From: Vicinamibacterales bacterium
GTDB lineage: Bacteria; Acidobacteriota; Vicinamibacteria; Vicinamibacterales; UBA2999
NCBI GenBank assembly: GCA_050247255.1
Contig: JBFWUM010000012.1
Span: 22,716 to 86,715, forward strand
Length of the DNA: 64,000 nucleotides
Direction of reading: 5' to 3'
This document shows, in pieces, positions 53,588 through 63,737 of this stretch. Under the pieces are notes generated by a model. The model was not told the origin of the DNA and ran no database searches. It saw only the letters and a list, made by a program, of their open reading frames with translations. How positions within the stretch are numbered: position 1 is the first letter of the stretch; every line of letters begins with the position of its first letter. The position numbers and the translations under genes are program-made.

Positions 53588-56296
53588 TTAGAACGGCGAC
53601 ACGTCCGAGCTCGTGCCGCCGGCGGCCGGAATGTACGCCTTCTGCACGTAGTCCATCACCATCCGGTCGGCGCTGAAGCGCCACCCCAGCGTGCGAATGG
53701 CCCGTGTGACCCGCGCGATCCACGCCCGCGGCAGCCCGTCGGCATCGCGATCGTAGTAGAGCGGCACAACCTCCTCGCGCAGCGTCCGCAGCAGCGCCGA
53801 CGCGTCACGGGCGTCATGCTCGTCGATCGACGCGTGCGTCTCGCCCATGCCGATCGCGAAGCCGTTCAGGCCGTCGTAGGCCTCGGCCCACCAGCCGTCG
53901 AGCACCGACAGGTTGAGCGCGCCGTTGAGGACGACCTTCTGGCCGCTGGTGCCGCACGCCTCGAGCGGCCGCCGCGGATTGTTCAACCAGACGTCGACCC
54001 CCTGCACCAGATGGCGGCCGACGTTGATGTCGTAGTCCTCGATGAACACCACCTTGCCGATGAAGCGCGGGTCGCGCGTCAGCCGGGCGATCTCGCGCAG
54101 CACGTGCTTGCCCGGACCGTCCTGTGGATGCGCCTTCCCGGCGAACACCAGCTGGATCGGCCGCTGCAGGTCGTTGACCAGGCAGGCGATCAGCTCGATG
54201 TCGCGCAGCAGCAGGTTGGCGCGCTTGTAGGTGGCGAACCGGCGGGCGAAGCCGATGGTCAGCGTATCGACGCTCAGCGCCCGCCGCAGCGGCGCGATCA
54301 CCGCCGCCGGCTCGCCGCGCCGTTCGGCCTGGCCGACGATGCGCCGGCGCGTGAACGCGATCAGGCGGTTCTTCAGGATCTGGTGGGCTTCCCACAGCTC
54401 GCCCGCGTCGAGCCGCTCGACGTCGTCCCAGAACCGCTCCCCGTCCCGGCTGCGCGCCTCCCACCCGGGGCCGAGGTGGCGCTCGTAGACCTGCCGCATC
54501 TGCGGCGCCAGCCAGCTGCGGACGTGCACGCCGTTGGTGACGTGGCCGATCGGCACGTGGTCTTCGCGGAAGCCCGGGTGCAGCCCGGTCCACATCGCCC
54601 GCGAGACGTGGCCGTGGAGCGACGACACCGCGTTGGCGCGGCGGCTGGTCTTCAGCGCGAGCACCGTCATGCAGAACGCTTCGCCGCCGTCGTGCGGGTT
54701 GACGCGGCCGTGGGCGAGGAACGCCTCGCGCGACAGGCCGAGCGCATCGCGCAGCGGGCCGAGGTGCTCCTCCACCAGGTCAGCGGGAAACCGATCGTGG
54801 CCGGCCGGCACCGGCGTGTGCGTCGTGAACACGACCTGCGCGGCGACGCGGCGCTGCGCCTCGGCGCAGTCGATGCCCTCGCGCTCCATCCGCTGGCGCA
54901 CCAGTTCGAGCGCCGCGAAGGCGCTGTGCCCTTCGTTCAGGTGCACCACGCCCGGCACGATGCCGAGCTGGTTGAGGGCGCGCACGCCGCCGACCCCGAG
55001 CAGCAGCTCCTGGCGGATGCGGGTGCGCGAGTCGCCGCCGTAGAGCCGCGCCGTCAGGTCGCGGTCCTCGGCGCCGTTGCCCTCGATGTCCGAGTCGAGC
55101 AGGTAGAGCGTCACCCGGCCGACCTGCACCTGCCACACGCGCGCGGCGATCGGCCCGGTGCGCGTCTCGATCGAGACCCTCGCCGGCACGCCGTCCGGCC
55201 GCAGCGCCGGGGTGATCGGCAGCCGGGCGCCGTCGATGTCGAGATACTCCTCGAGCTGCCAGCCGTCGGCGTCGAGGTGCTGCCGGAAATACCCCTGGTC
55301 GTAGAACAGTCCGACGCCGACGAGCGGGATGCCGAGATCGGACGCGCTCTTCAGGTGATCGCCGGCCAGGATGCCGAGGCCGCCGGAGTAGATCGGCAGC
55401 GATTCGTGCAGCCCGAACTCCGCCGAGAAATACGCGACCGGACGCGCCGCCAGCACGCTGGCGTGGCGCGCCCCCCAGGTATGGGTCGACGCGAGGTACT
55501 CGCGCAGGCGGCGGTACGCCTGGTTGATGCGGCCGTGCATCGCCAGCTCGGATGCCCGCTCCTCGACCTCGGCCGCCGACATCTCGTCCAGCAGGACGAT
55601 CGGGTTCTGGCCGCAGTCGCGCCACCGCACCGGGTCGAGGTCGCGGAAGATCCCCGGCGACTCGCCGTCCCACGACCACCACAGGTTCTGCGCGAGGACC
55701 CTGAGCCGCTGGTGCACCGGCGCGACGAAGTGACCGAGCGCCCGCGCTTCGGTCACCAGCGGCGCCACCTGGACGCCGGCCGTCGTCAGCATCCGCACGT
55801 CGTCGTCGGTGAACGGCCGTTCGCTGGCCGTCTGCACCACGAGCACGCCCTGGAGGACGCCGCGCTCGATGATCGGCACGCCGAGGAACGTGCGGTACGG
55901 GTCCTCGCCGGCCTCGCGGAAGTACTTGAAGCGCGGATGGTGCATCGCGTCCTGCACCACGATCGGCCGCGCCTGCTCGGCGACGAGGCCGGCCAGCCCC
56001 TCCGAGGTCCGCATCCGGACGCGGCCGACGCTTTCGGGCCGCAGGCCGATGGTCGCGGCCAGCACCAGCGTCGTGCGATCGGCCTCGAGCAGGTAGACCG
56101 AACAGACGTCGGTCCCGAACCGGCGCTGAATCAGGTGGACGATGTTGGTCAGGGTTTCCGAGGGATTGCCGCTGCCCGACACGAGGTGGCCGATCTCCTC
56201 GAGCGTCCAGAGCAGCGACGGTTGTTCCGGCAGGGGAATCGACGGGTCCGTCACGGTCCAGCCGGGCCAGCAAGATCGCTGCCCCGTTTCGCGCAC
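53588..56296 (-). CDS. glgP: Alpha-glucan (glycogen/maltodextrin) phosphorylase with an N-terminal GAF domain
   Basis: N-terminal ~170 aa is GAF-like (FGTDVCSVYLLEADRTTLVLAATIGL..GLAGLVAEQARPIVVQDA..FLGVPII). This is followed by the DUF3417-type NLWWSWD and the PLP-lysine context EACGTSGQKVVLNGALNLSVLDGWW. Confidence 0.9.
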   Translation of the reverse strand: MRETGQRSCWPGWTVTDPSIPLPEQPSLLWTLEEIGHLVSGSGNPSETLTNIVHLIQRRFGTDVCSVYLLEADRTTLVLAATIGLRPESVGRVRMRTSEGLAGLVAEQARPIVVQDAMHHPRFKYFREAGEDPYRTFLGVPIIERGVLQGVLVVQTASERPFTDDDVRMLTTAGVQVAPLVTEARALGHFVAPVHQRLRVLAQNLWWSWDGESPGIFRDLDPVRWRDCGQNPIVLLDEMSAAEVEERASELAMHGRINQAYRRLREYLASTHTWGARHASVLAARPVAYFSAEFGLHESLPIYSGGLGILAGDHLKSASDLGIPLVGVGLFYDQGYFRQHLDADGWQLEEYLDIDGARLPITPALRPDGVPARVSIETRTGPIAARVWQVQVGRVTLYLLDSDIEGNGAEDRDLTARLYGGDSRTRIRQELLLGVGGVRALNQLGIVPGVVHLNEGHSAFAALELVRQRMEREGIDCAEAQRRVAAQVVFTTHTPVPAGHDRFPADLVEEHLGPLRDALGLSREAFLAHGRVNPHDGGEAFCMTVLALKTSRRANAVSSLHGHVSRAMWTGLHPGFREDHVPIGHVTNGVHVRSWLAPQMRQVYERHLGPGWEARSRDGERFWDDVERLDAGELWEAHQILKNRLIAFTRRRIVGQAERRGEPAAVIAPLRRALSVDTLTIGFARRFATYKRANLLLRDIELIACLVNDLQRPIQLVFAGKAHPQDGPGKHVLREIARLTRDPRFIGKVVFIEDYDINVGRHLVQGVDVWLNNPRRPLEACGTSGQKVVLNGALNLSVLDGWWAEAYDGLNGFAIGMGETHASIDEHDARDASALLRTLREEVVPLYYDRDADGLPRAWIARVTRAIRTLGWRFSADRMVMDYVQKAYIPAAGGTSSDVSPF

Positions 56297-56468
56297 GCGT
56301 TTTCCGGCGTGAACTGCACACCGATGCCTGGTGACTCCGACAAGTTCGGCGCCTCATTCACAAGGTTCTACAAAACCGTAGGCTCGGCGCCGTCACGAGA
56401 CCGCCCCGGGTATCGCCGCAACCATCGCCCGTTCAGCGAGTTGCCGGCGCCGCGCTGAACCGACGCAA

Positions 56469-56768
56469 ATGGCGCACGGGTTGCTCTGCCGGTTCGACAT
56501 GGCCTTTGCTGCTCTCGTCGATCGCGTGCGCGACGACTTTCTCGAACTACCGAACCTGGAGCTCTCGCTGGCCCAGGCCGTGCGTCTCTGGGGGCTCGGC
56601 GCCGACGACGCGCGGTTCGTGCTCGATTCGCTGGTCGATGTGGGCTTCCTGCGCTGGACGCCGCGGCGCACGGTCGTGCGCGCCAGCCGCGCCTCGCTGC
56701 CGGCCCTGCCGGAGCCATCCCACATTTCTGTCTATGCGGTCAGCCGGCGCCACAAGTCTGTCGGATAG
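56469..56768 (+). CDS. Small hypothetical protein (99 aa, or 89 aa from the second Met), possibly winged-helix-like
   Basis: GC3-rich codons throughout. [62 protein letters not shown]. Its 3' end overlaps the ATP-grasp gene start by 35 nt. I recognised no family. Confidence 0.45.
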   Translation: MAHGLLCRFDMAFAALVDRVRDDFLELPNLELSLAQAVRLWGLGADDARFVLDSLVDVGFLRWTPRRTVVRASRASLPALPEPSHISVYAVSRRHKSVG

Positions 56769-58203
56769 CGGCCTCTTTGCCGGCTACGAGATCGGCCAGC
56801 CGTACGACGAGGTGTTCGCCGCCCCCGGCGAGCCGCGGCCGCACTGCCGTGCGCTGCTCGAGGAACTGGCGGCCGCCTCGGCCGACACGCTTCGGCGACG
56901 CCAGGTCGAAGCCGACAAGGCGTTCCTGACCCAGGGGATCACCTTCACCGTCTACGGCGACGCGCAGGGCACCGAGCGGATCTTCCCCTTCGACCTGCTG
57001 CCGCGCATCATCACCGCGCGCGAGTGGGAGGTGCTCGAGCGCGGGCTGGCGCAGCGGCTGACGGCGATCAACCTGTTCCTCCGGGACGTCTACCACGAGG
57101 GGCGTATCCTCGCCGAAGGCGTCGTCCCGCGCGACCTGGTTTACAGCTGCCGCCACTACCGGCGCGAGATGCGCGGCGTCCACGTCCACCGCGACATCTA
57201 CGTTTCGGTCGCCGGCACCGACCTGGTGCGGCTGGAGGACGGCCGCTTCGTCGTGCTCGAGGACAACCTGCGTGTGCCGAGCGGCGTCTCCTACATGCTC
57301 GCCAACCGCGAGGTCACCAAGCGGGTGTTCCCGGGACTGTTCAACCGCTACAACGTCAAGCCGATCGCCCACTACGGCCAGGCGCTGCTGGCGACGCTGC
57401 GCGCCCTGGCGCCGGCCGATCGCCAGGAGCCGACCTTCGTGGTGCTGACGCCGGGGGTCGGCAACTCGGCCTACTTCGAGCACGCGTTCCTGGCGCGCGA
57501 GATGGGCGTGCCGCTCGTCGAAGGGCGCGACCTGCTGGTCCACGACAACATCGTCTACATGCGGACGACGTCGGGCCTGCGCCGGGTCGACGTGATCTAC
57601 CGGCGGGTGGACGACGACTTCCTCGACCCGCTCGCCTTCCGCGCCGACTCGCACCTCGGGGTGGCCGGCCTGCTCAACGCCTATCGCGCCGGCAACGTCT
57701 CGCTCGCCAACGCGATCGGCACCGGCATCGCCGACGACAAGGCGCTCTACGTCTACATTCCGGCGATCATCCGCTTCTACCTCGCCGAGGATCCGATCCT
57801 GCCGAATGTCGAGACCTTCCTGCTCGCCGACCGCGCGCAGCGGCAGCACGTGCTCGAGCACCTGGACCAGCTGGTGGTGAAGGCGGTCGGCGAGTCGGGC
57901 GGCTACGGCATGCTGGTCGGCCCGCACAGCACCGCCCGCGAGCGCGAGGCGTTCCGCGACCGCATTCTCGCCGAGCCGCGCAGCTTCATCGCCCAGCCGA
58001 CGCTGGCGTTCTCACGCACCGCCTGCTTCATCGACGAGGCGATCGAACCGCGGCACATCGACCTGCGGCCGTACGTGCTCTTCGGCGATGGCGTCAGCAT
58101 CGTTCCCGGCGGCCTGACGCGGGTGGCGCTGCGCCGCGGATCCCTGGTCGTGAACTCGTCGCAGGGCGGCGGCTCCAAGGACACCTGGGTCCTGCTGGAG
58201 TGA
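56734..58203 (+). CDS. Circularly permuted type-2 ATP-grasp protein (COG2308; DUF404/DUF407)
   Basis: 489 aa from ATG 56734. [50 protein letters not shown], and [18 protein letters not shown] are all typical of this family. Confidence 0.85.
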   Translation: MRSAGATSLSDSGLFAGYEIGQPYDEVFAAPGEPRPHCRALLEELAAASADTLRRRQVEADKAFLTQGITFTVYGDAQGTERIFPFDLLPRIITAREWEVLERGLAQRLTAINLFLRDVYHEGRILAEGVVPRDLVYSCRHYRREMRGVHVHRDIYVSVAGTDLVRLEDGRFVVLEDNLRVPSGVSYMLANREVTKRVFPGLFNRYNVKPIAHYGQALLATLRALAPADRQEPTFVVLTPGVGNSAYFEHAFLAREMGVPLVEGRDLLVHDNIVYMRTTSGLRRVDVIYRRVDDDFLDPLAFRADSHLGVAGLLNAYRAGNVSLANAIGTGIADDKALYVYIPAIIRFYLAEDPILPNVETFLLADRAQRQHVLEHLDQLVVKAVGESGGYGMLVGPHSTAREREAFRDRILAEPRSFIAQPTLAFSRTACFIDEAIEPRHIDLRPYVLFGDGVSIVPGGLTRVALRRGSLVVNSSQGGGSKDTWVLLE

Positions 58204-58211
58204 GACCGATC

Positions 58212-59171
58212 GTGCTGCTGTCCCGCGTCGCCGACGCCCTCTACTGGATCAGCCGGTATCTCGAGCGCGCCGAACACACCGCGCGCGTCGTCGGCGTCGT
58301 CGTCGACATCGGCCTCGGCCGCGCCGGGGCTGAGACGGAAACCGGGGCCATCAGCAGGCTGTACGGCAGCCTGGGGCTGCCACCGGTGGCGGCGCCGGGA
58401 CAGCTGGGCGCGTTTGCCGCGGCGGCGCTCTTCGATCTGACGAACCAGAACTCGGTGGTCAGTTGCCTGACGGCCGCGCGCGAGAACGCGCGCCAGGTGC
58501 GCGAAGAGATCAGCGCCGACATGTGGGAACAGCTCAACGCGCTCTTCCTGCGCATCCGGCAGCTCCACGCGGATCAGGCGCACGGCTCGCGCACCCACTT
58601 CGTGTCACGCGCGGTCATCGACGGCATCCACCTGTTCCAGGGCACGACCGACGGCACGATGGCGCACGGGGAAGGGTGGCAATACCTGCGGGCTGGTCGG
58701 TACATCGAGCGAGCCGGGACGACGGCGGCGCTGGTCGAGGCCTTCGTGGCCGACCCGATGGGCGGCGCGGACGCCGAACCGCTCGACCGCGCCGACTGGG
58801 TCGCGCTGCTGCGCGCCTGCGCCGCGCTCGAAGCCTATTCGCGGCACTACACCGCCGACGTACGTCCCGAGCGCGTGGCGGAGTTCCTGCTCCTCAACGG
58901 CGAGTTTCCACGGTCGGTCCGCTTCGCCGCGGCGGCGATCGAGTCGGCCCTGCTCGACCTCGGCCGGCGCAGCGGCCGCCGCGCCGGCGGTCGTGTGGAA
59001 CGGTTGTCGGGCCGGCTGCACGCCGCGCTCGACTATGGGCAGGTCGACGAGATCCTCGATCAGGACCCGCGCGGCTACCTGCTGGACATCGCGTCGCAGT
59101 GCGCGCAGATCCATGCCGCGCTCTACCAGACCTACGTCACCTACCCGATCGAGTCGGCGCTGCCCGCATGA
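58212..59171 (+). CDS. Alpha-E domain protein (COG2307; DUF403)
   Basis: GTG 58212 gives (M)LLSRVADALYWISRYLERAEHTARV, the hallmark N-terminus of alpha-E proteins. It starts 8 nt after the ATP-grasp stop. Confidence 0.85.
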   Translation: MLLSRVADALYWISRYLERAEHTARVVGVVVDIGLGRAGAETETGAISRLYGSLGLPPVAAPGQLGAFAAAALFDLTNQNSVVSCLTAARENARQVREEISADMWEQLNALFLRIRQLHADQAHGSRTHFVSRAVIDGIHLFQGTTDGTMAHGEGWQYLRAGRYIERAGTTAALVEAFVADPMGGADAEPLDRADWVALLRACAALEAYSRHYTADVRPERVAEFLLLNGEFPRSVRFAAAAIESALLDLGRRSGRRAGGRVERLSGRLHAALDYGQVDEILDQDPRGYLLDIASQCAQIHAALYQTYVTYPIESALPA

Positions 59172-60121
59172 GATACGCCGTCAAGCACGTCACGCGTTTC
59201 GCCTACGAGTCGCCCATCGCCGAGAGCGTCATGGAGGTGCGGATGCAGCCGCGGAGCGAGGGCGCGCAGCGCTGCCTGCAGTTCGCCCTCGGCACGACGC
59301 CCGGGTCCCGGGTCCTGATGCACGTCGATCACGACGGCAACACCATCCATCACTTCAACATTCCCGGCAGCCACTCGCGGCTGACGCTGACGGCCACGGC
59401 GCTCGTCGACTGCGATGCCGTTCCGTCGGTGCCGCACCGGCTCGGGCCCGGCGGCTGGACCCAGCTCGACGCCATGAGCGCCTCCGGCGAGCACTGGGAA
59501 TGGCTGTCGCCGAGCACGTTCACCGCCGCGACGCCGCTGCTGGGACGCCTGGCCGACGACATCGGCATCGAGCGGGGCCATTGCCCGCTGGTGATGCTGC
59601 GCCGTCTGATGGGCGAGATGTACAAGCGCTTCGAGTACAGCCCCAGGACCACTCGCGTCGACTCGCCCATCGATGAAGCGCTGGGCAGGCGGCAGGGAGT
59701 CTGCCAGGACTTCACCCACATCTTCATCGCCCTCGCGCGGGGGCTCGGCGTGCCGACGCGCTACGTCAGCGGCTATCTGTTCCCCAACCAGCAGCGGAAC
59801 GATCGCTCTGTCGACGGCGCGACGCACGCCTGGGCCGAGGCGCTCCTGCCCGAGCTCGGATGGGTGGGCTTCGACCCGACCAACAACCTGCTGGCGGAAG
59901 ATCGCCACATCCGCGTCGCCGTCGGGCGCGACTACGCCGACGTGCCGCCGACCCGCGGCGTGTTCAAGGGGACGACCGTCGTGAAGAGCGAGCTCGCCGT
60001 CTCGGTGCGCATCGGCTCGATCGACCAGCCGCGGGCCGAGGTGCTGCCCTTCGCGCCCTGGACGTCGCGGGACGGGGGCGGCGGCGCCGCGCCGGAGGGC
60101 GCGCCTGATCAGCAGCAGTGA
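59168..60121 (+). CDS. Transglutaminase-like family protein (COG1305) with N-terminal bacterial TGase-N domain
   Basis: ATGA overlap with the alpha-E stop. MRYAVKHVTRFAYESPIAESVMEVRMQP, and the catalytic Cys context RQGVCQDFTHIFIALARGLGVPTRYVSGY. Confidence 0.85.
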   Translation: MRYAVKHVTRFAYESPIAESVMEVRMQPRSEGAQRCLQFALGTTPGSRVLMHVDHDGNTIHHFNIPGSHSRLTLTATALVDCDAVPSVPHRLGPGGWTQLDAMSASGEHWEWLSPSTFTAATPLLGRLADDIGIERGHCPLVMLRRLMGEMYKRFEYSPRTTRVDSPIDEALGRRQGVCQDFTHIFIALARGLGVPTRYVSGYLFPNQQRNDRSVDGATHAWAEALLPELGWVGFDPTNNLLAEDRHIRVAVGRDYADVPPTRGVFKGTTVVKSELAVSVRIGSIDQPRAEVLPFAPWTSRDGGGGAAPEGAPDQQQ

Positions 60122-60137
60122 GGCGCTGGGAACGTCC

Positions 60138-61634
60138 TTAGACCCAATCGAGCGATCGGCTGACCGCCTGCGACCAGCGCGCGCGCAACGCCTGCCGGCG
60201 ATCGTCCGGCATCTGCGGGGTCCAGCGGCGGCTCTCGACCCATCGCGAGCGGAGATCGTCCAGGTCGCGAAACACGCCGATCGCCAGCCCGGCGGCAAAC
60301 GCGGCACCGAGCGCCGTGGTCTCCCTGATCTGCGGCCGCACCACCGGTCGATTGATCAGGTCGGCCTGCGACTGCATCAACAGCTCGTTCACGGTCATCC
60401 CGCCGTCGACGCGCAGGGTGTCGAGGCGCACGCCTGAATCCTGTTCCATCGCCTGCAGGACGTCGCAGGTCTGGTACGCGGTCGCTTCGAGCACCGCGCG
60501 GGCGATGTGCCCGCGGTTCGCATAGCGGGTCAGGCCGATGATCAGGCCGCGGGCGCCGTCGTTCCAGTGCGGCGCATACAGGCCCGAGAACGCCGGCACG
60601 AAATAGACGTCGCCGTTGTCGGGAACGGTCTGCGCCAGCGCCTCGATGCCGTCGCTGCTAAGAATCAACCCGAGGTTGTCGCGCAGCCACTGCACGAGCG
60701 CCCCGGCGATGGCGATGCTTCCTTCGAGCGCATAGTGCGGTGCGTCCTCGCCCATGCGGTAGGCCACCGTGGTCAGCAGGCCCGATCGGGATCGGACGAC
60801 GGACGTCCCGGTGTTCAGCAGCAGGAAGCAGCCGGTGCCGTAGGTGTTCTTGGCCTCGCCGACGCGAAAGCAGGTCTGCCCGACCAGCGCCGCCTGCTGG
60901 TCGCCGAGGATCCCGGTGATCGGCACCCCCGCCACCGGCTCGACCGCGGCCTCGCCGTAGCGTTCGCTGCTGGAGTGGATCGCCGGCAGCATCGCCCGGG
61001 GAATCTCGAACTGCGCGAGCAGTTCGGGGTCCCAGTCGAGGGTGTCGAGGTGCATCAACTGTGTCCGGCTGGCGTTGGTCACGTCAGTGATGTGACGTCC
61101 ACCGTTGACGCCTCCGGTCAGCTGCCACACCAGGAAGCTGTCGATGGTCCCGAACAACGCGTCGCCCCGCTCGGCCAGCGCCCGCGCGCCGGCGACGTGA
61201 TCGAGCACCCAGCGAATCTTCAACGCGCTGAAGTAACTCGACAGCGGCAGCCCGGTGCGTGAGCGGAAGAACTCGACGCCGGGGCTCTGGCTGTACGCGG
61301 GCAGGTACTCGGCCACGCGGGTGTCCTGCCAGACGAGTGCGTTGTGCAGCGGAACGCCCGTGCGGCGGTCCCACACCACCGCCGTCTCACGCTGGTTGGT
61401 GATGCCGATCGCGGCGAGGTCGCTCGCCTGCAGCCCGCCGGAACGGAGCGCGCCGGCGATGACCGTCTGGGTGTTGCGCCAGATCTCGATCGGGTCGTGC
61501 TCCACCCACCCGGGTTGTGGATAGATCTGCTCGTGCTCCACCTGCGACTCGGCCACGATGCGCGTGGCGTCATCAAAGATGATGAACCGGGTGCTGCTGG
61601 TTCCCTGATCGATCGCTCCAAGACAGGTCGGCAC
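60138..61634 (-). CDS. glpK: Glycerol kinase
   Basis: 498 aa. [39 protein letters not shown] and TYGTGCFLL are canonical GlpK motifs. Confidence 0.95.
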   Translation of the reverse strand: MPTCLGAIDQGTSSTRFIIFDDATRIVAESQVEHEQIYPQPGWVEHDPIEIWRNTQTVIAGALRSGGLQASDLAAIGITNQRETAVVWDRRTGVPLHNALVWQDTRVAEYLPAYSQSPGVEFFRSRTGLPLSSYFSALKIRWVLDHVAGARALAERGDALFGTIDSFLVWQLTGGVNGGRHITDVTNASRTQLMHLDTLDWDPELLAQFEIPRAMLPAIHSSSERYGEAAVEPVAGVPITGILGDQQAALVGQTCFRVGEAKNTYGTGCFLLLNTGTSVVRSRSGLLTTVAYRMGEDAPHYALEGSIAIAGALVQWLRDNLGLILSSDGIEALAQTVPDNGDVYFVPAFSGLYAPHWNDGARGLIIGLTRYANRGHIARAVLEATAYQTCDVLQAMEQDSGVRLDTLRVDGGMTVNELLMQSQADLINRPVVRPQIRETTALGAAFAAGLAIGVFRDLDDLRSRWVESRRWTPQMPDDRRQALRARWSQAVSRSLDWV

Positions 61635-61749
61635 GGGACGCTCCTCGCGGTTCGATCAGGACAGCCGCAGTTGCCGCTCCATCGCCGGCCAGTGCCTGCG
61701 CCAGCCGGCTGTCAACGCGGCCACCTGCACTGGCAGATAACGGGCGCTG

Positions 61750-62505
61750 TCACACCGCCGTGTAGCCGCCGTCGATCAGGTAATAGCCGCCGGTCATGAA
61801 CGAGGCGTCATCCGACAGCAGGAAACAGACGAGCGGTGCGACCTCCTCCGGCCGCCCCAGCCGGCCGAGTGGGTGCCGGCTGATGAGCACCTTCCGGTAC
61901 TCCTCAGGCAGGTTGGCCAACAGCGGCGTGTCGATGTAGGCCGGGCCGACGCAGTTGATGCGCAAACCGCGAGGCCCGTACTCGGCCGCGGCGTTCTTCG
62001 TCAGCCCCACCACGCCATGCTTAGCGGCCGTGTAGGCGGCATTGCCGATGGCCGCCACGGTCCCATGGATCGAGGCCATGTTGACGATGGCGCAGGCGCG
62101 CGGATCGCCCGCCAACATCGCCGGAATCTGGTAGCGCATGCCGTAGAGCACGCCATTCAGGTTGATGTTGATGACGTGGGTCCAGTCGGCGAGGTCGACT
62201 TCCCCCGCCGGCGCCTGGGCGCCGCCGATGCCGGCGTTGTTGACGGCATAGTGCAGCGCGCCGTAGGTCTTCACGGCATGATTCACCACACGCTCGGAGT
62301 CCTCCGGGCGCGCGGTGTCCTGCTGCACCGCCGTCGCGGCGCCGCCGTCGCCCCTGATCGCCCCGGCCACTCGCTCCGCCCCCTGGAGATTGATGTCGCT
62401 CACCACGACCGACACGCCGTCCCGCGCCAGCGCCCTGGCAATCGCTTCGCCGAGCCCTGATCCGCCACCGGTGACGATGGCCACTTTCCCCTTCAGTCCG
62501 GTCAT
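61750..62505 (-). CDS. SDR family oxidoreductase (classical short-chain dehydrogenase)
   Basis: TGGGSGLG cofactor motif, NNAG, and the catalytic YTAAK (YxxxK). Confidence 0.9.
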   Translation of the reverse strand: MTGLKGKVAIVTGGGSGLGEAIARALARDGVSVVVSDINLQGAERVAGAIRGDGGAATAVQQDTARPEDSERVVNHAVKTYGALHYAVNNAGIGGAQAPAGEVDLADWTHVININLNGVLYGMRYQIPAMLAGDPRACAIVNMASIHGTVAAIGNAAYTAAKHGVVGLTKNAAAEYGPRGLRINCVGPAYIDTPLLANLPEEYRKVLISRHPLGRLGRPEEVAPLVCFLLSDDASFMTGGYYLIDGGYTAV

Positions 62506-62527
62506 GCTCGCCTCCAGGCCCGACAGC

Positions 62528-63469
62528 CTACTCCCGAATCGCCGGCGCCTGCCTCGGCCATAGCATCGAGGCGCCCGTGGCGGCGCCCAGCACGCCGACG
62601 ATCACGGCAAGGGACACGCCGATAGGCACGTGGTAGACGTCGGCCAGCAGCATCTTGATCCCGACGAACACCAGCACCGTCGACAGCCCCAGCTTCAGGT
62701 AGTGGAACCGCTCGATCACGTCGGCCAGCAGGAAGTACAGCGCCCGCAGGCCAAGGATTGCGAACACGTTGGAGCTGTAAACGATGAAGGGGTCCTGGGT
62801 CACGGCGAAAATCGCCGGGATCGAGTCGACCGCGAAGATCAGGTCAGTGGTCTCCACCAGCGCGAGCACCACGAACAGCGGCGTCGCGGCGAGCCAGCGC
62901 GCGCCGCCCTGCTCCAGTCGCACGAAGAACGCCTGGCCGTGGTAGTCCGGCGTCACCGGCAGCAGCCGCCGTACGAGCCGGATGACCGGATTGTTGGCCA
63001 CCTCGAAGTCGTGCTCGACGTGCATGGCCATCCGGATCCCGGTGATCACGAGGAAGGCGCCAAAGACATAGAGCACCCAGTGGAACTGCTCGATGAGGTA
63101 GGCGCCCGCCGCGATCATCCCGCCGCGCATCACCAGCGCGCCGAGGACGCCCCAGAACAGGATCCGATGCTGGTATTTCGCAGGAACGCGGAACGTGGTG
63201 AAGATGAGGACGAAGACGAAGATGTTGTCGACCGAGAGCGCCTTCTCGATCACGTAGCCGGTGAAGTACTCCAGGCCGGCGGTGCGCCCCATCCACACGT
63301 AGACCCCGGCGCCGAACAGCAGCGCCAGCGCGACCCAGGCGACGCTCCACGCCGCCGCCTCGCGCGGCCGGACCTCATGCGCCTCCCGGTGGAAGACGAA
63401 CAGGTCGATGGCCAGCATGGCCAGGACGAAGAGGTTGAACAGGCCCCATAACCACAGCGGATCGCTCAT
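62528..63469 (-). CDS. TerC family integral membrane protein (putative Mn2+/metal exporter)
   Basis: Start ATG 63469 ([27 protein letters not shown]). [23 protein letters not shown] is the TerC signature. Confidence 0.85.
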   Translation of the reverse strand: MSDPLWLWGLFNLFVLAMLAIDLFVFHREAHEVRPREAAAWSVAWVALALLFGAGVYVWMGRTAGLEYFTGYVIEKALSVDNIFVFVLIFTTFRVPAKYQHRILFWGVLGALVMRGGMIAAGAYLIEQFHWVLYVFGAFLVITGIRMAMHVEHDFEVANNPVIRLVRRLLPVTPDYHGQAFFVRLEQGGARWLAATPLFVVLALVETTDLIFAVDSIPAIFAVTQDPFIVYSSNVFAILGLRALYFLLADVIERFHYLKLGLSTVLVFVGIKMLLADVYHVPIGVSLAVIVGVLGAATGASMLWPRQAPAIRE

Positions 63470-63486
63470 CCGGCTCCTCGAGACGC

Positions 63487-63541
63487 AAAAAAGGCGAGAC
63501 CCTCGCACGGGGCTTTCGCCACTCGTTGCGAAGGTCTCGCC
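63487..63541 (-). terminator. Intrinsic terminator forming the expression platform of the Mn riboswitch
   Basis: Minus strand reads GGCGAGACC..(31 nt)..GGTCTCGCC followed by TTTTTT. The 5' arm overlaps the 3' conserved GAGACC/P1 strand of the aptamer. Confidence 0.6.
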
Positions 63542-63637
63542 TTGATCCCTGAGGAACCCGGCCGAACCGTGCGCACGTCGTGCGCAGTCTTGACGATTCG
63601 GCCGCGCGGCCACCCGGCCGCGTAGCTACTCCCCTTC
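63530..63637 (-). promoter_or_regulatory. yybP-ykoY (manganese) riboswitch aptamer upstream of TerC
   Basis: Minus strand reads GAAGGGGAGUAGC...GUCAAGAC...AUCAAGGCGAGACCUUC. It has the conserved 5' GGGGAGUAG and 3' GAGACC boxes, P1 pairing GAAGG/CCUUC, ~108 nt length, and the classic TerC-family downstream gene. Confidence 0.75.
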
Positions 63638-63737
63638 TTCGGCCTCCAGACTACTACAAGTGACGGAAATCGCCCCGCTCACGGGAATCTCACCTCCCGC
63701 TCACCGGCCGATCAAGACTTATCCCCGCAGCCGGCGC

